A DNA stretch of 45,779 nucleotides from the sequence record OQ957557.1. One strand, given 5' to 3'. The notes beneath the pieces were generated by a model. That model had not been told where the DNA came from and did no database searches. It saw only the letters and a list, made by a program, of their open reading frames with translations. The translations under genes were made by a program, and so were the position numbers. Origin of the DNA: Enterobacter phage ST22. This document shows, one piece after another, positions 1 through 7,673 of the stretch (its first letter is position 1; each line of letters starts with the position of its first letter).

Positions 1-632
1 GCCTTTGCGCGGTCCTCTGCCCACATCTCATAGACGTAGCCAAATCCCTCTGGCGTGGTGTATGCGCTCACGCTGTTAAGCGGGCGTTTGGTCATGCGTC
101 GCCAGGTGCGCGGGCGCTGACGGTTACGCGCAATGATTTTACGCCATACGTCACGAGCCTGGAGCGTTGGCAGCGTGTCCAGCTCATCCACATGCGCCCT
201 CATGGACTGATAGCCCACGATGCGATCAGGATTCATCATGGCGCGCAGAACGAAATCCCCAATATTGCCGGAGCTGGTGTAAATGATGTTCTCTGATTTG
301 TTGTAGCGGTAGCGGTAGCCAAACGCGCTGAGGGTTTCCATCATGCGCGGGGCCATAATGAGCCGCACCAGGTCATACGTTGGCTCATACAGCGCGATGA
401 GAGAGCCTGATCCTCCCTCTCTGGCATCCATCAGGGCGCTCTTTGCCATAGTCTCTGATTTGCCCGTACCAAAGCCGCCCACGAAAGCGGGAAACTTTAC
501 GCCCAGATTCATAAAACGCGCCTGAGGCTCAGTGAGCACCATGCGGTAATCGGTCAGGCGGCGCGGCCTGGTCTGCCCGTTTGGCAGTTTGAGGATATTG
601 CCGCAGCGGTCCGGCGTTAAAATCTCACTCAT
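1..632 (-). CDS. terL: Terminase large subunit, N-terminal ATPase part. The ORF runs off the window start and continues in frame at 45026..45779 (circular join).
   Basis: Reverse-complement translation gives MSEILTPDRCGNILKLPNGQT...VGGFGTGKSETMAK (Walker A). ATG at 630-632 overlaps the terS stop. I checked codon continuity across 2,1/45779 by hand (junction codon GCT, no stop). Confidence 0.8.
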   Translation of the reverse strand, partial: MSEILTPDRCGNILKLPNGQTRPRRLTDYRMVLTEPQARFMNLGVKFPAFVGGFGTGKSETMAKSALMDAREGGSGSLIALYEPTYDLVRLIMAPRMMETLSAFGYRYRYNKSENIIYTSSGNIGDFVLRAMMNPDRIVGYQSMRAHVDELDTLPTLQARDVWRKIIARNRQRPRTWRRMTKRPLNSVSAYTTPEGFGYVYEMWAEDRAK

Positions 633-1383
633 CAGGTAACATCTCCAGCAGGCCCAGAAGGTGTCCTCTGACTTTGGCTACCTCCTTGAGCTGATCCTTA
701 TCGTTCTCATCGTATAGCTCAAACTGCTCCAGCCCTTCATCCTCATCTTTGCCCAGGAGTTTATTTTTCTCCCTGGCATCAAGCCAAAGCTGGTAAAACG
801 CATCATCACGATCTTTCACCACCGTGACCACAAAGGCGGTAGCCTCTGGCAGCTCGCCGGTTGATTCAACCTCAGCCTCACTCACACCTTTGGCACGAGC
901 GGCAGCCTCTTTTCCGTTAGTCCATCCGTGATTTTGCGCCAGCACCAGGGCGGCAAAGTTTGGCGGGAGGATATTTTTAGCCGTGGCGCGCTGGACCAGA
1001 TCGGCCTGCATCCCAATCGCTACGCGTAAGGAGTCGGAAAACTCTGGATGCTTATCTGCCCACTCATAGAGCGTGTCACGATGAACTAATAGTTTCGCTG
1101 CAAAACCTTCCAGCGTTGGGAAATCATAATCAGCAAAGTCCTGGCGTGCGCCTTTGTCCGTGTAGTTCGAAAACACGAGGTGCTCAACCTGGAAATATTT
1201 GATGATATCGCCGCAGTAGCTTTTTTGATATTTGGACGGGCGGCCCACGCGGCGGGCTTGAGCAGCATTACGGCGTTTTGCCGCAGTAACGGCGGCCTTT
1301 TGCTTTTTCTCTTGCTCAAAGCGGGCTGATAGGTTTTCTGGGATCTCAGCAGTCTCATCCTGCTGCTTTTTACGCGGTGCCAT
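625..1383 (-). CDS. terS: Terminase small subunit (252 aa), basic N-terminus and acidic C-terminus.
   Basis: It lies immediately upstream of terL and overlaps it by 8 nt. It has a K/R-rich DNA-binding-like N-terminus. The call rests on position and composition. Confidence 0.6.
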   Translation of the reverse strand: MAPRKKQQDETAEIPENLSARFEQEKKQKAAVTAAKRRNAAQARRVGRPSKYQKSYCGDIIKYFQVEHLVFSNYTDKGARQDFADYDFPTLEGFAAKLLVHRDTLYEWADKHPEFSDSLRVAIGMQADLVQRATAKNILPPNFAALVLAQNHGWTNGKEAAARAKGVSEAEVESTGELPEATAFVVTVVKDRDDAFYQLWLDAREKNKLLGKDEDEGLEQFELYDENDKDQLKEVAKVRGHLLGLLEMLPDE

Positions 1384-1420
1384 GTGGTTATCCTCTGGTA
1401 AACGTCAGGGCCGCAAGCCC

Positions 1421-1451
1421 AAAACGACAAAGCCCGCAAGGCTCTGCGGGC
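1421..1451 (-). terminator. Terminator-like hairpin in the terS leader: AGCCCGCA-N6-TGCGGGCT followed by TTGTCGTTTTG on the minus strand.
   Basis: 8-bp GC-rich stem at 1431-1438/1445-1452 followed by a T-run in the transcribed (minus) orientation. It is part of the conserved ~70-nt leader duplicated upstream of the scaffold gene. Confidence 0.45.
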
Positions 1452-1483
1452 TTAGGATATCCAAAATGATTGACGCGTGCAAT

Positions 1484-1759
1484 TTAAGCGGTAGGGCCGG
1501 TCTGTGCATCCAGTTGGCGCTGCCAGTCTGCCAGCTCCTCAGGCGGCACCTCAACGAGCTTAAACACTTTGCCCGCCACCTCTGCGCCGTAAGCCGCAAC
1601 GCTGTTACCGTGCTCACAGCTCATCACTGGACGGCCTCCCTTCACCAGAGCGCCGGAGCGCACGAAAACGTGATGGCCCTCTGCTGCTGCCGCCAGCATC
1701 TCACCGCTACCTTTGCGCAGTAAGCTGCGCGGGTTGAAAATCTTGATTTCTGGTTTCAT
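1484..1759 (-). CDS. Hypothetical protein (~91 aa, MKPEIKIFNP...).
   Basis: ORF downstream of a predicted sigma70-like promoter. I recognise no domain. Confidence 0.4.
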   Translation of the reverse strand: MKPEIKIFNPRSLLRKGSGEMLAAAAEGHHVFVRSGALVKGGRPVMSCEHGNSVAAYGAEVAGKVFKLVEVPPEELADWQRQLDAQTGPTA

Positions 1760-1791
1760 CGTCTGATCCCTGATTTGTTGAATAGGGGTTG

Positions 1792-1824
1792 ACGATAACC
1801 CATTCAAAGCACACCGTCAACCAT
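1792..1824 (-). promoter_or_regulatory. Sigma70-like promoter, GGTTGACG family: -35 TTGACG (RC of 1815-1820), 17-nt spacer, -10 TATCGT (RC of 1792-1797).
   Basis: CGTCAACCAT motif at 1815-1824. A second GGTTGACG copy lies on the plus strand at 1788-1795. Confidence 0.4.
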
Positions 1825-1829
1825 ACCGA

Positions 1830-2795
1830 TTAGAAAGCAACGTGGGCACCAACCGCACCGCCAACCGTGTGCCCGTCAGTGGTCAGATCCAGAGTTACCG
1901 CAGTGCTTTCCGTCGCCTGGTACTGAGCACCAACCGCCAGAGCCGCAGAGTTATCCCATGAGCCAATCGCTACAGCTGCGCCGTTGCCGTGGTCATAGTG
2001 CAGACCTGCCGCAGCTATGGCTGCGCTGGTGGCGCGGGCCAGCTCTTTGTGCGTCACGGTGTCGCGTGGGGTGAAGTCACGCCCAGCCGCGCCAGTGTCG
2101 CCCTTGTCGCCTTTCTCGCCTTTCTCGCCTTTGGCACCGGCCTGGCCATCCTTGCCATCCTTGCCAGCTGCGCCAGCTTTGCCATCGCGGCCCGCCTTGC
2201 CATCCTTGCCGTTAACGCCGTCACGGCCTGCCTTGCCAGCTGCGCCATCCTTCCCATTCAGTCCGTTATGCCCATCAACGCCATTAACGCCATCACGGCC
2301 CGCTGCACCGTCATGCCCGTTAGCGCCAGCAGTGCCGTTTTTGCCATCCACACCATCATGCCCGTTAACGCCATCTTTCCCATCCTTCCCGTTTAAACCA
2401 TCTTTGCCATCATGCACCTGGATGGCGTGCTGGATAGCTGCATCCAGTTTGGCCTGCTGGCGCTGAGCGTCTGTAACGTTGCTATCCAGATGGCTGCTGC
2501 GGTCAATCCCAGCAGGGGCATCTGCGTGCGGTGTAACCGGCTGCTGGTGGTTGCCATCCAGGTGCGGGGTGGTCACGCCGCCAGCGTGCAGATCCTGCCG
2601 CCAGTTAGTGCCTGCCGCCTTGTCAGCGCTGTCAAACTCAGCCTGCTGCTGAGCATCAAAGCCTGAGTAAGTGCGCGCAGCGTCCTGATAGCTCATGTTT
2701 TGGATAGTGTTATACAGGTCAACGCCTGCGCCAGCATGAGCCACGCCAGTGATGGACGCCAGAGCAATGGTTACAGCAACGATAGTTTTACGCAT
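1830..2795 (-). CDS. Secreted collagen-like trimeric-autotransporter (YadA-type) adhesin-like protein. It has a Sec signal peptide, a long G-X-Y collagen repeat tract and a C-terminal 4-strand beta-barrel anchor ending in F.
   Basis: N-terminus MRKTIVAVTIALASITGVAHA. About 35 GXY triplets (GKDGKDGVNGHDG...). C-terminus ...AVAIGSWDNSAALAVGAQYQATESTAVTLDLTTDGHTVGGAVGAHVAF, with alternating hydrophobics and a terminal aromatic residue. Confidence 0.6.
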   Translation of the reverse strand: MRKTIVAVTIALASITGVAHAGAGVDLYNTIQNMSYQDAARTYSGFDAQQQAEFDSADKAAGTNWRQDLHAGGVTTPHLDGNHQQPVTPHADAPAGIDRSSHLDSNVTDAQRQQAKLDAAIQHAIQVHDGKDGLNGKDGKDGVNGHDGVDGKNGTAGANGHDGAAGRDGVNGVDGHNGLNGKDGAAGKAGRDGVNGKDGKAGRDGKAGAAGKDGKDGQAGAKGEKGEKGDKGDTGAAGRDFTPRDTVTHKELARATSAAIAAAGLHYDHGNGAAVAIGSWDNSAALAVGAQYQATESTAVTLDLTTDGHTVGGAVGAHVAF

Positions 2796-2851
2796 GATAA
2801 TTACCTTTGAAATTTTTGAATGGGGCAGGCCATCCCGCCCCGATGTGATGC

Positions 2852-2884
2852 ATGTTACGCCTGAGCCTTAAAAGCGTCAACCAT
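2852..2884 (-). promoter_or_regulatory. Sigma70-like promoter, GGTTGACG family: -35 TTGACG (RC of 2875-2880), 17-nt spacer, -10 TAACAT (RC of 2852-2857). It is followed by the GGGGC..GCCCC hairpin at 2822-2841 in the leader of the adhesin gene.
   Basis: AAAATGGTTGACGC read on the minus strand, with an AT-rich upstream tract. The hairpin lies between the promoter and the RBS of the 1830..2795 gene. Confidence 0.45.
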
Positions 2885-3778
2885 TTTATTTGCCTCAGCC
2901 GGATCAGTTGAGAGATACGCCTTGATGGCGCGATTCATCGCCAGCGTTATCACATGAGGTTTTTGCGCCTCAACAAGCTGCTGCGCCAGATCCTGCTGCA
3001 ATTCTACAGCCGCGTCCAAATGGGCGTTAGCCTCATTCAGCTGCTGCGCCAGCTCTTGCGCCGCCTTGTCAGCACCAACCGCAACCGCACGAGCCTGCGC
3101 CAGCGCATCAATCAACCCCATGACAAAGCACGGCGTAATGTCACGGTTAATCACCACCCTGGAGTGACGCAGATCTGCGCTGTGAGTGAAATCCGCCTCC
3201 ATGATGTTACGCAATGATGAGCTACCAAAACCGGCCTTATACATCGCCTCCAGGTGCGGGTAGGCCTCGCCAGATCTGGTGGCCTTTTGCCCCATGGCAT
3301 ATTCATGAGAGTTTTGCCCGTTACCCATGCGCGGATAACTTATCCCAGGGAATAATGGCGATTTATCCAGCGCCTCAGCGTCATTGATGGCCTTATCCAT
3401 CGCTGAGCCAAATGCCGCCTTAACCGCAGCCTCACCCTGCTCACAATCCTCAACTTTGACGGTTTGCGGGTATGAGACACGGGAGGCAGCGCGCTCAATA
3501 TCCTCATCCAGCCCTTTGCTGGTGAGCACCGGCAGATCGTGGCATCTCGCCATCGCATTCTGGATTTTAGGCACGTTGCCAGTAATGGCTGCCTCCACCG
3601 CAGTGGCCTGCATACTCGCCAGCGTAATGGTGCCCTCTTTGATGCGTGCGCCGGTGATGGTGCGCGGGGCAATAGCCTGCTCAACCGCCTCAACGCGCTT
3701 ATCAACGCCAACCACGGCCTTGTGGATGTTTTGCAGCTCCATGATGGCCTGCGAAATCAAACGGGTGATCTTGCTCAC
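2855..3778 (-). CDS. Hypothetical protein (307 aa), Ala/Gln-rich coiled-coil-like C-terminus.
   Basis: Long ORF tightly packed in the leftward cluster. I recognise no domain. Confidence 0.55.
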   Translation of the reverse strand: MSKITRLISQAIMELQNIHKAVVGVDKRVEAVEQAIAPRTITGARIKEGTITLASMQATAVEAAITGNVPKIQNAMARCHDLPVLTSKGLDEDIERAASRVSYPQTVKVEDCEQGEAAVKAAFGSAMDKAINDAEALDKSPLFPGISYPRMGNGQNSHEYAMGQKATRSGEAYPHLEAMYKAGFGSSSLRNIMEADFTHSADLRHSRVVINRDITPCFVMGLIDALAQARAVAVGADKAAQELAQQLNEANAHLDAAVELQQDLAQQLVEAQKPHVITLAMNRAIKAYLSTDPAEANKMVDAFKAQA

Positions 3779-4085
3779 TTTGTCTCTCCTCTCTGGGATT
3801 TAAAACCGTAAATCAACATGGTGCCCATCAGCTTGACCGCTGGGGATGGCGTGCCGGTCTGCTGGTATGTATCATCACCAGCCACCAATCCCTGCACCGT
3901 AAACTGCACATCTCGCAGCGTGCGCCCTTCCAGTGCCATCTCCCGCCCAGCTCTGCACATCGCCTCTGCGCCTGAGCGAGTGGATTGATTCATGATACTG
4001 CGCACCACCACGCTGCACGGGTTGGCCTGAGCCATCGCCGCAGCTGGCAGCATCAGGGCCACCAGCAACAAAATGCGTTTATTCA
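3775..4085 (-). CDS. Small secreted/periplasmic protein (~103 aa) with a Sec signal peptide (GTG start, VNKRILLLVALMLPAAAMA-QA).
   Basis: Hydrophobic N-terminus with an AMA-Q cleavage-like site and two Cys. The start is inferred from the GTG preceding the signal peptide. Confidence 0.45.
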
Positions 4086-4318
4086 CCGGCAGGCTCCTCT
4101 GGCTGCTCATCAGCCTCCTCACGGATGTTTTCTGCGATGGTCACAGTGCCTACTGCATCGTAAAAAGCCCATTGGCCCTTTAGCTTGATATCCACCAGCC
4201 CCTGCGATGGCGTAGGGTGTACATCCTCCACCAGGACAAGCTCACCATCAATCAGCATGGTCATGCCGTCCTCAACGAAAGCCACCTTAATCAGGCGCTC
4301 ATCATATTTGATAGCCAT
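4079..4318 (-). CDS. Hypothetical small acidic protein (~79 aa).
   Basis: ORF with GGAG 6 nt upstream of the ATG at 4316-4318. The acidic C-terminus is EEADEQPEEPAGE. Confidence 0.4.
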   Translation of the reverse strand: MAIKYDERLIKVAFVEDGMTMLIDGELVLVEDVHPTPSQGLVDIKLKGQWAFYDAVGTVTIAENIREEADEQPEEPAGE

Positions 4319-4366
4319 TCTCATCTCCAAAAAAAGTTAGCCCCACCAGCTGGCAGGGCATTGGGT

Positions 4367-4582
4367 TTATGCGTAACGGTTTACGCGTACAACATACTCC
4401 ACGCCAGTGTAACCGAAAGCGTGATCCAGCGAATCGGCCAGGTTATAGGCTGATGCCTCAGCATCAACTGGAAACTCGCCTTTTTTGACTTCATGCCCGT
4501 TGGTTTGGATTTCAACCACGGTGAATGAGCGGATTGCTTTTCCGTTGTGGTCATACTTCGGATGGCGGCTAGTGGTTGTCAT
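4367..4582 (-). CDS. Hypothetical protein (71 aa). It is the first gene of the leftward cluster.
   Basis: It is preceded by the leader ...GAAACGACAACCACTCAAGAGGATTCATAAATG and a consensus-like promoter. Confidence 0.5.
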   Translation of the reverse strand: MTTTSRHPKYDHNGKAIRSFTVVEIQTNGHEVKKGEFPVDAEASAYNLADSLDHAFGYTGVEYVVRVNRYA

Positions 4583-4621
4583 TTATGAATCCTCTTGAGT
4601 GGTTGTCGTTTCAATGAGGTC

Positions 4622-4654
4622 ATTATGGGGCCACCAGCCCAGAGCGTCAACCAT
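4622..4654 (-). promoter_or_regulatory. Sigma70-like promoter, GGTTGACG family: -35 TTGACG (RC of 4645-4650), 17-nt spacer, -10 CATAAT (RC of 4622-4627). It drives the leftward cluster.
   Basis: TAATAAATGGTTGACGC-N17-CATAAT with an AT-rich UP-like region. The AACGACAACC leader motif lies about 12 nt downstream of the -10. Confidence 0.55.
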
Positions 4655-4746
4655 TTATTAGTTTTTATGTACAAATATTGACCATTATTAGCGTAAGTCC
4701 ATGACGCATAACGATTTATTGAATTATTAGATTTCAGAAGTATAAA

Positions 4747-4773
4747 GGGGGTATGGGGGGAGGGGGAGAGGGG
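4747..4773 (+). repeat. Canonical G-quadruplex-forming motif GGGGGTATGGGGGGAGGGGGAGAGGG, with an extra GGGG at 4783-4786.
   Basis: Four G-tracts of >=3 with loops of 1-4 nt, read directly on the plus strand. Confidence 0.5.
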
Positions 4774-4785
4774 TGCCCCTAAGGG

Positions 4786-4860
4786 GTAGTAGTAGTAAGT
4801 AAGTAAGTAAGTATATATATATATAATAAATAAATAATATATATAATTACTATATAGAAT
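4786..4860. repeat. Composite microsatellite tract: (GTA)3-4, (GTAA)4, (TA)7, (AATA)3, (TA)4-5.
   Basis: tagtagtagtaagtaagtaagtaagtatatatatatataataaataaataatatatataattactatatag. Confidence 0.65.
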
Positions 4861-4869
4861 AGACACTTA

Positions 4870-4970
4870 GGGCAACCGTCAACCGTTTCCAAACCTAATA
4901 ATCTAATAACAGTTTGACACTATCCACCAGCTCAGCGCAAAATGGCAACCTGTTTTGACAACCAACCGGT
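4870..4970. promoter_or_regulatory. Iteron-like CAACC repeats (GCAACC GTCAACC .. CCAAACC .. GGCAACC .. GACAACCAACC) with TTGACA -35-like elements. Candidate origin of replication and early rightward promoter region, immediately upstream of the primase.
   Basis: Five to six CAACC copies within ~100 bp, next to an AT-rich low-complexity tract and the prim-pol gene. Confidence 0.35.
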
Positions 4971-4979
4971 AACGCACCG

Positions 4980-7673
4980 ATGAAAGAGAATCGTTTAACG
5001 CCTCACTGGAGGCTTTACAAGGATGCAGGCTTTTCCATCATCCCAATCATCCCCATGGAGCAAAACGGGAGGGGGGATTGGGTTTGTACGTGTAACAGCG
5101 CCCATTGTCAGGCGGCTGGTAAGCACCCAACGATCAGACGTTGGGAAAACGTTGTGCATACGCATAGCGATGCGGCAACGCACCGCCTGATTAATTCCAA
5201 ATGCCAGAGCTTTGGGGTTTCCGCTGATGGGTGGCTGATTGTGGACGTGGACCCGCGCAATGGTGGCGGGGTAGGTCTGGAAAAGCTGGAGGAGGCACTG
5301 GATTGCTATCTTGAGGATATCGCCGGATTGACCGTTGAAACGGGAGGCGGTGGCCTGCATTACTATTTCAAAGCCCCTGAGGGCGTGAAGATGGTGACGG
5401 GCAAAAAGGAGTTTCCTGGGGTGGACTTTGTGCATGGCCTGCATTACGTGGTTGGGGCCGGTAGCGCGCATAAATCAGGTGGCACTTACACCATCAAAAA
5501 GGGTAGCCCGGACAAGATTGATTATCCCCCTAAAGAGCTGGTGGACCTGATTGAGAGGCAGCCCTGGGTGGCTGGCACTGGTGGGGATGGTGAAGCTGAG
5601 CCGGAGCTGGTGGAGATGGCCCTTGATGCTATTCCAAATGATGATGTGGACTATGATGAATGGCTGCGCATTGGGATGGCTCTGCGTCACTGGGATGATG
5701 ATGCCGGTTATGCCCTGTTTGTTAAGTGGTCGGAGCAGTCCAGCAAGTTTGATCCGGCTGACCTTGATCGCCGCTGGGCATCATTTGGGGATGTGGGCGC
5801 GGTTAACGTGGGCACCATCTTTCAGCGGGCCATGCTGAATGGCTGGGAGCGTCCACGCGATGCAGTTTGTGGTGAGATTGATGAGCAGGGCAAGATCATC
5901 CCGTTCCGCGCTACTGAGGCCCAACTGGATGCCATGCGTAAGATGCTGAGCACTCCACGGGGTAGCAAGGTAATCGTGGTGCATGAGGATGAGGTGATTG
6001 AGTCAGACGCCGCACCCCAGCGCCAGGCTGCGCCTGCCGCCGAAAACCCACAACCCCAAAACCAAAAACCCATGGGCACCGCAGCAAGCTGCCGCACCGG
6101 TGGCAAACCCTTCTGGCAGAAAAGCGATGGCACCACCCCAACCGGCGAGATGCGCCACGCGGGTGTGCTGCCGGTGGCCCCTCCTGCCCCTACCATCAAG
6201 GCCGCGCCGAAAGCCTCAGCTGCGGCTATGCAGTACAAGATCAAGCTCCCTGGCTGGATTGGAACAATTTACGATCACATGGCCCGCACCGCGTGGAGCG
6301 TGCAGCCTGGTGCCATCGCCGCCGCAGCCATTCAGGCCGTTGCCGTCGCTGGGCGCGGGGTGAAGGGCTACAACCGCGCTAACACGAGCCTCATCACGAT
6401 GGTGATCGCCGCGTCAGCGTCCGGCAAAGAGCACCCTCAGCGCGTTTTCCACACCCTGATGCAGAGCGTTGGAATTGACGTTCACGCGGAGATGCGCAGT
6501 GACAAGGATTTAGTTTACGGGCTGGTGGATGGCGACGGTGCAGCGTGCTACCTGGTGGATGAGGCCCATACGCTCTTTGGGGCTGCCGGTGCCGGTGATG
6601 CCGTCAAGCGCGTGGACAAGTCCAGCCTCCAGCTGGGCGGGATGCTGCTGAAAGTGGGCACCGCCACCAAATTGCCACTGCCGCGTAACTGGATGGCTGA
6701 CATTGAGGCGCGTGAGGGCGCTGAGATTGAGAAGCTGCGCAAAAAACAGGCCCAGATTGAGGAGGGCAAAGGCGTATGGAAGCAGCGCCCCACTGAGCAG
6801 GCTAACCTGGAATATGCGCGCCTTGAGGCTCTGATCGGTTTCCGTGAGAAGCGCCTCAAAAACCTCAAAGCCAACGGGCTGGATAACGTCAAATTCAACA
6901 TGCTGTGTAGCTCCACACCTGCCATGTTCTCTGAATACATTGACGAAACGGCGATTAATAACGGGCTGGCGGGCCGTGCGCTGATCTTTGACTGCGGGCA
7001 CAAGGCAGATTATCCATGCTTTGAAGCGCCGCCACTGGATAGCCAGCGCCGCGCTGAGATTGATGATTATATTGCGCGCCTGCGGGAAGCCGGTGAGCTG
7101 GGGCTGGAGGTTGAGGCCAGCAGCGGGGCGGTGGCGTTATTCCGTCAGTTCCATGACAAGATGAGTCAGCCAGCTTATGCAGAAGATCCGCAAACGGGGC
7201 CGGTAAACCGCCGCAGCTCTGAGCGCGTTTCAAGCCTTGCCAGCATCCTGGCGATGGGAAACCAGACACATGAGGGCGTTTTCCTGATCACTGAGGAGAT
7301 CGCGCAAACCGCCATTGATCTGGTGGAGATGCACCTGGCAACGTGCCGCTTTATGCTTAGTCAGACCATGGCAGAGGATAGCCAGATTGACAGCAAGGCC
7401 GCCATCCAGCAGCGGGTGCTGCATATCATGCAGAAAACCACCAGCGATGAGCCTATGGCTTACAGCGTGCTGCGTCAGCGTTTCCTGGCTGCCAAAAAGT
7501 GGAAAACACTTATCAAACGGTTGACGGATGAGGGGCCAAAGTCCGATAATGACCGTCTGGGCCAGGAGATCATTGCCATGCTGCGGCTGGGCTTGATTGA
7601 TGGCGCGGTGAATAAAGCGTGCTGGATCACGCCGAAAGGCAGAGAGAGCGGCGGCTATGGTAAATCTTTATAA
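4980..7673 (+). CDS. DNA primase (bifunctional primase-polymerase N-terminus + PriCT-like region + Pro/Ala-rich linker + large C-terminal DUF3987-like domain).
   Basis: N-terminus ...LIVDVDPRNGGG...GGGGLHYYFK..VDFVHG (prim-pol). 897 aa, with a low-complexity linker at about aa 330-400. Confidence 0.75.
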   Translation: MKENRLTPHWRLYKDAGFSIIPIIPMEQNGRGDWVCTCNSAHCQAAGKHPTIRRWENVVHTHSDAATHRLINSKCQSFGVSADGWLIVDVDPRNGGGVGLEKLEEALDCYLEDIAGLTVETGGGGLHYYFKAPEGVKMVTGKKEFPGVDFVHGLHYVVGAGSAHKSGGTYTIKKGSPDKIDYPPKELVDLIERQPWVAGTGGDGEAEPELVEMALDAIPNDDVDYDEWLRIGMALRHWDDDAGYALFVKWSEQSSKFDPADLDRRWASFGDVGAVNVGTIFQRAMLNGWERPRDAVCGEIDEQGKIIPFRATEAQLDAMRKMLSTPRGSKVIVVHEDEVIESDAAPQRQAAPAAENPQPQNQKPMGTAASCRTGGKPFWQKSDGTTPTGEMRHAGVLPVAPPAPTIKAAPKASAAAMQYKIKLPGWIGTIYDHMARTAWSVQPGAIAAAAIQAVAVAGRGVKGYNRANTSLITMVIAASASGKEHPQRVFHTLMQSVGIDVHAEMRSDKDLVYGLVDGDGAACYLVDEAHTLFGAAGAGDAVKRVDKSSLQLGGMLLKVGTATKLPLPRNWMADIEAREGAEIEKLRKKQAQIEEGKGVWKQRPTEQANLEYARLEALIGFREKRLKNLKANGLDNVKFNMLCSSTPAMFSEYIDETAINNGLAGRALIFDCGHKADYPCFEAPPLDSQRRAEIDDYIARLREAGELGLEVEASSGAVALFRQFHDKMSQPAYAEDPQTGPVNRRSSERVSSLASILAMGNQTHEGVFLITEEIAQTAIDLVEMHLATCRFMLSQTMAEDSQIDSKAAIQQRVLHIMQKTTSDEPMAYSVLRQRFLAAKKWKTLIKRLTDEGPKSDNDRLGQEIIAMLRLGLIDGAVNKACWITPKGRESGGYGKSL

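Noticed and set aside
1086-1723. ORFs 1086..1439(-), 1382..1723(+), 1405..1617(-) overlapping terS and the small leftward gene
   Set aside because: They overlap better-supported genes in other frames or on the other strand. They are Arg/Leu-rich shadow ORFs.
1989-2466. Plus-strand ORFs (135-149 aa, Pro/Ala/Ser-rich) antisense to the collagen-like gene
   Set aside because: They are an artefact of the repetitive GXY-coding DNA read on the opposite strand. They lie wholly inside a well-supported gene.
2822-2841. GGGGC..GCCCC hairpin as a terminator for the 307-aa gene
   Set aside because: It lies downstream of a predicted promoter and has no U-tract on the transcribed strand (ATTCAAAAATTT follows). 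It is more likely a leader or stability hairpin than a terminator, so I report it only as part of the promoter region.
4579-4866. 95-aa minus-strand ORF (MSILYSNYIYYLFIIYIYTYLL...) spanning the microsatellite/G4 region
   Set aside because: It is translated from the low-complexity (TA)n/(GTAA)n tract, has Tyr/Ile runs, no RBS and overlaps promoter elements. It is almost certainly non-coding.
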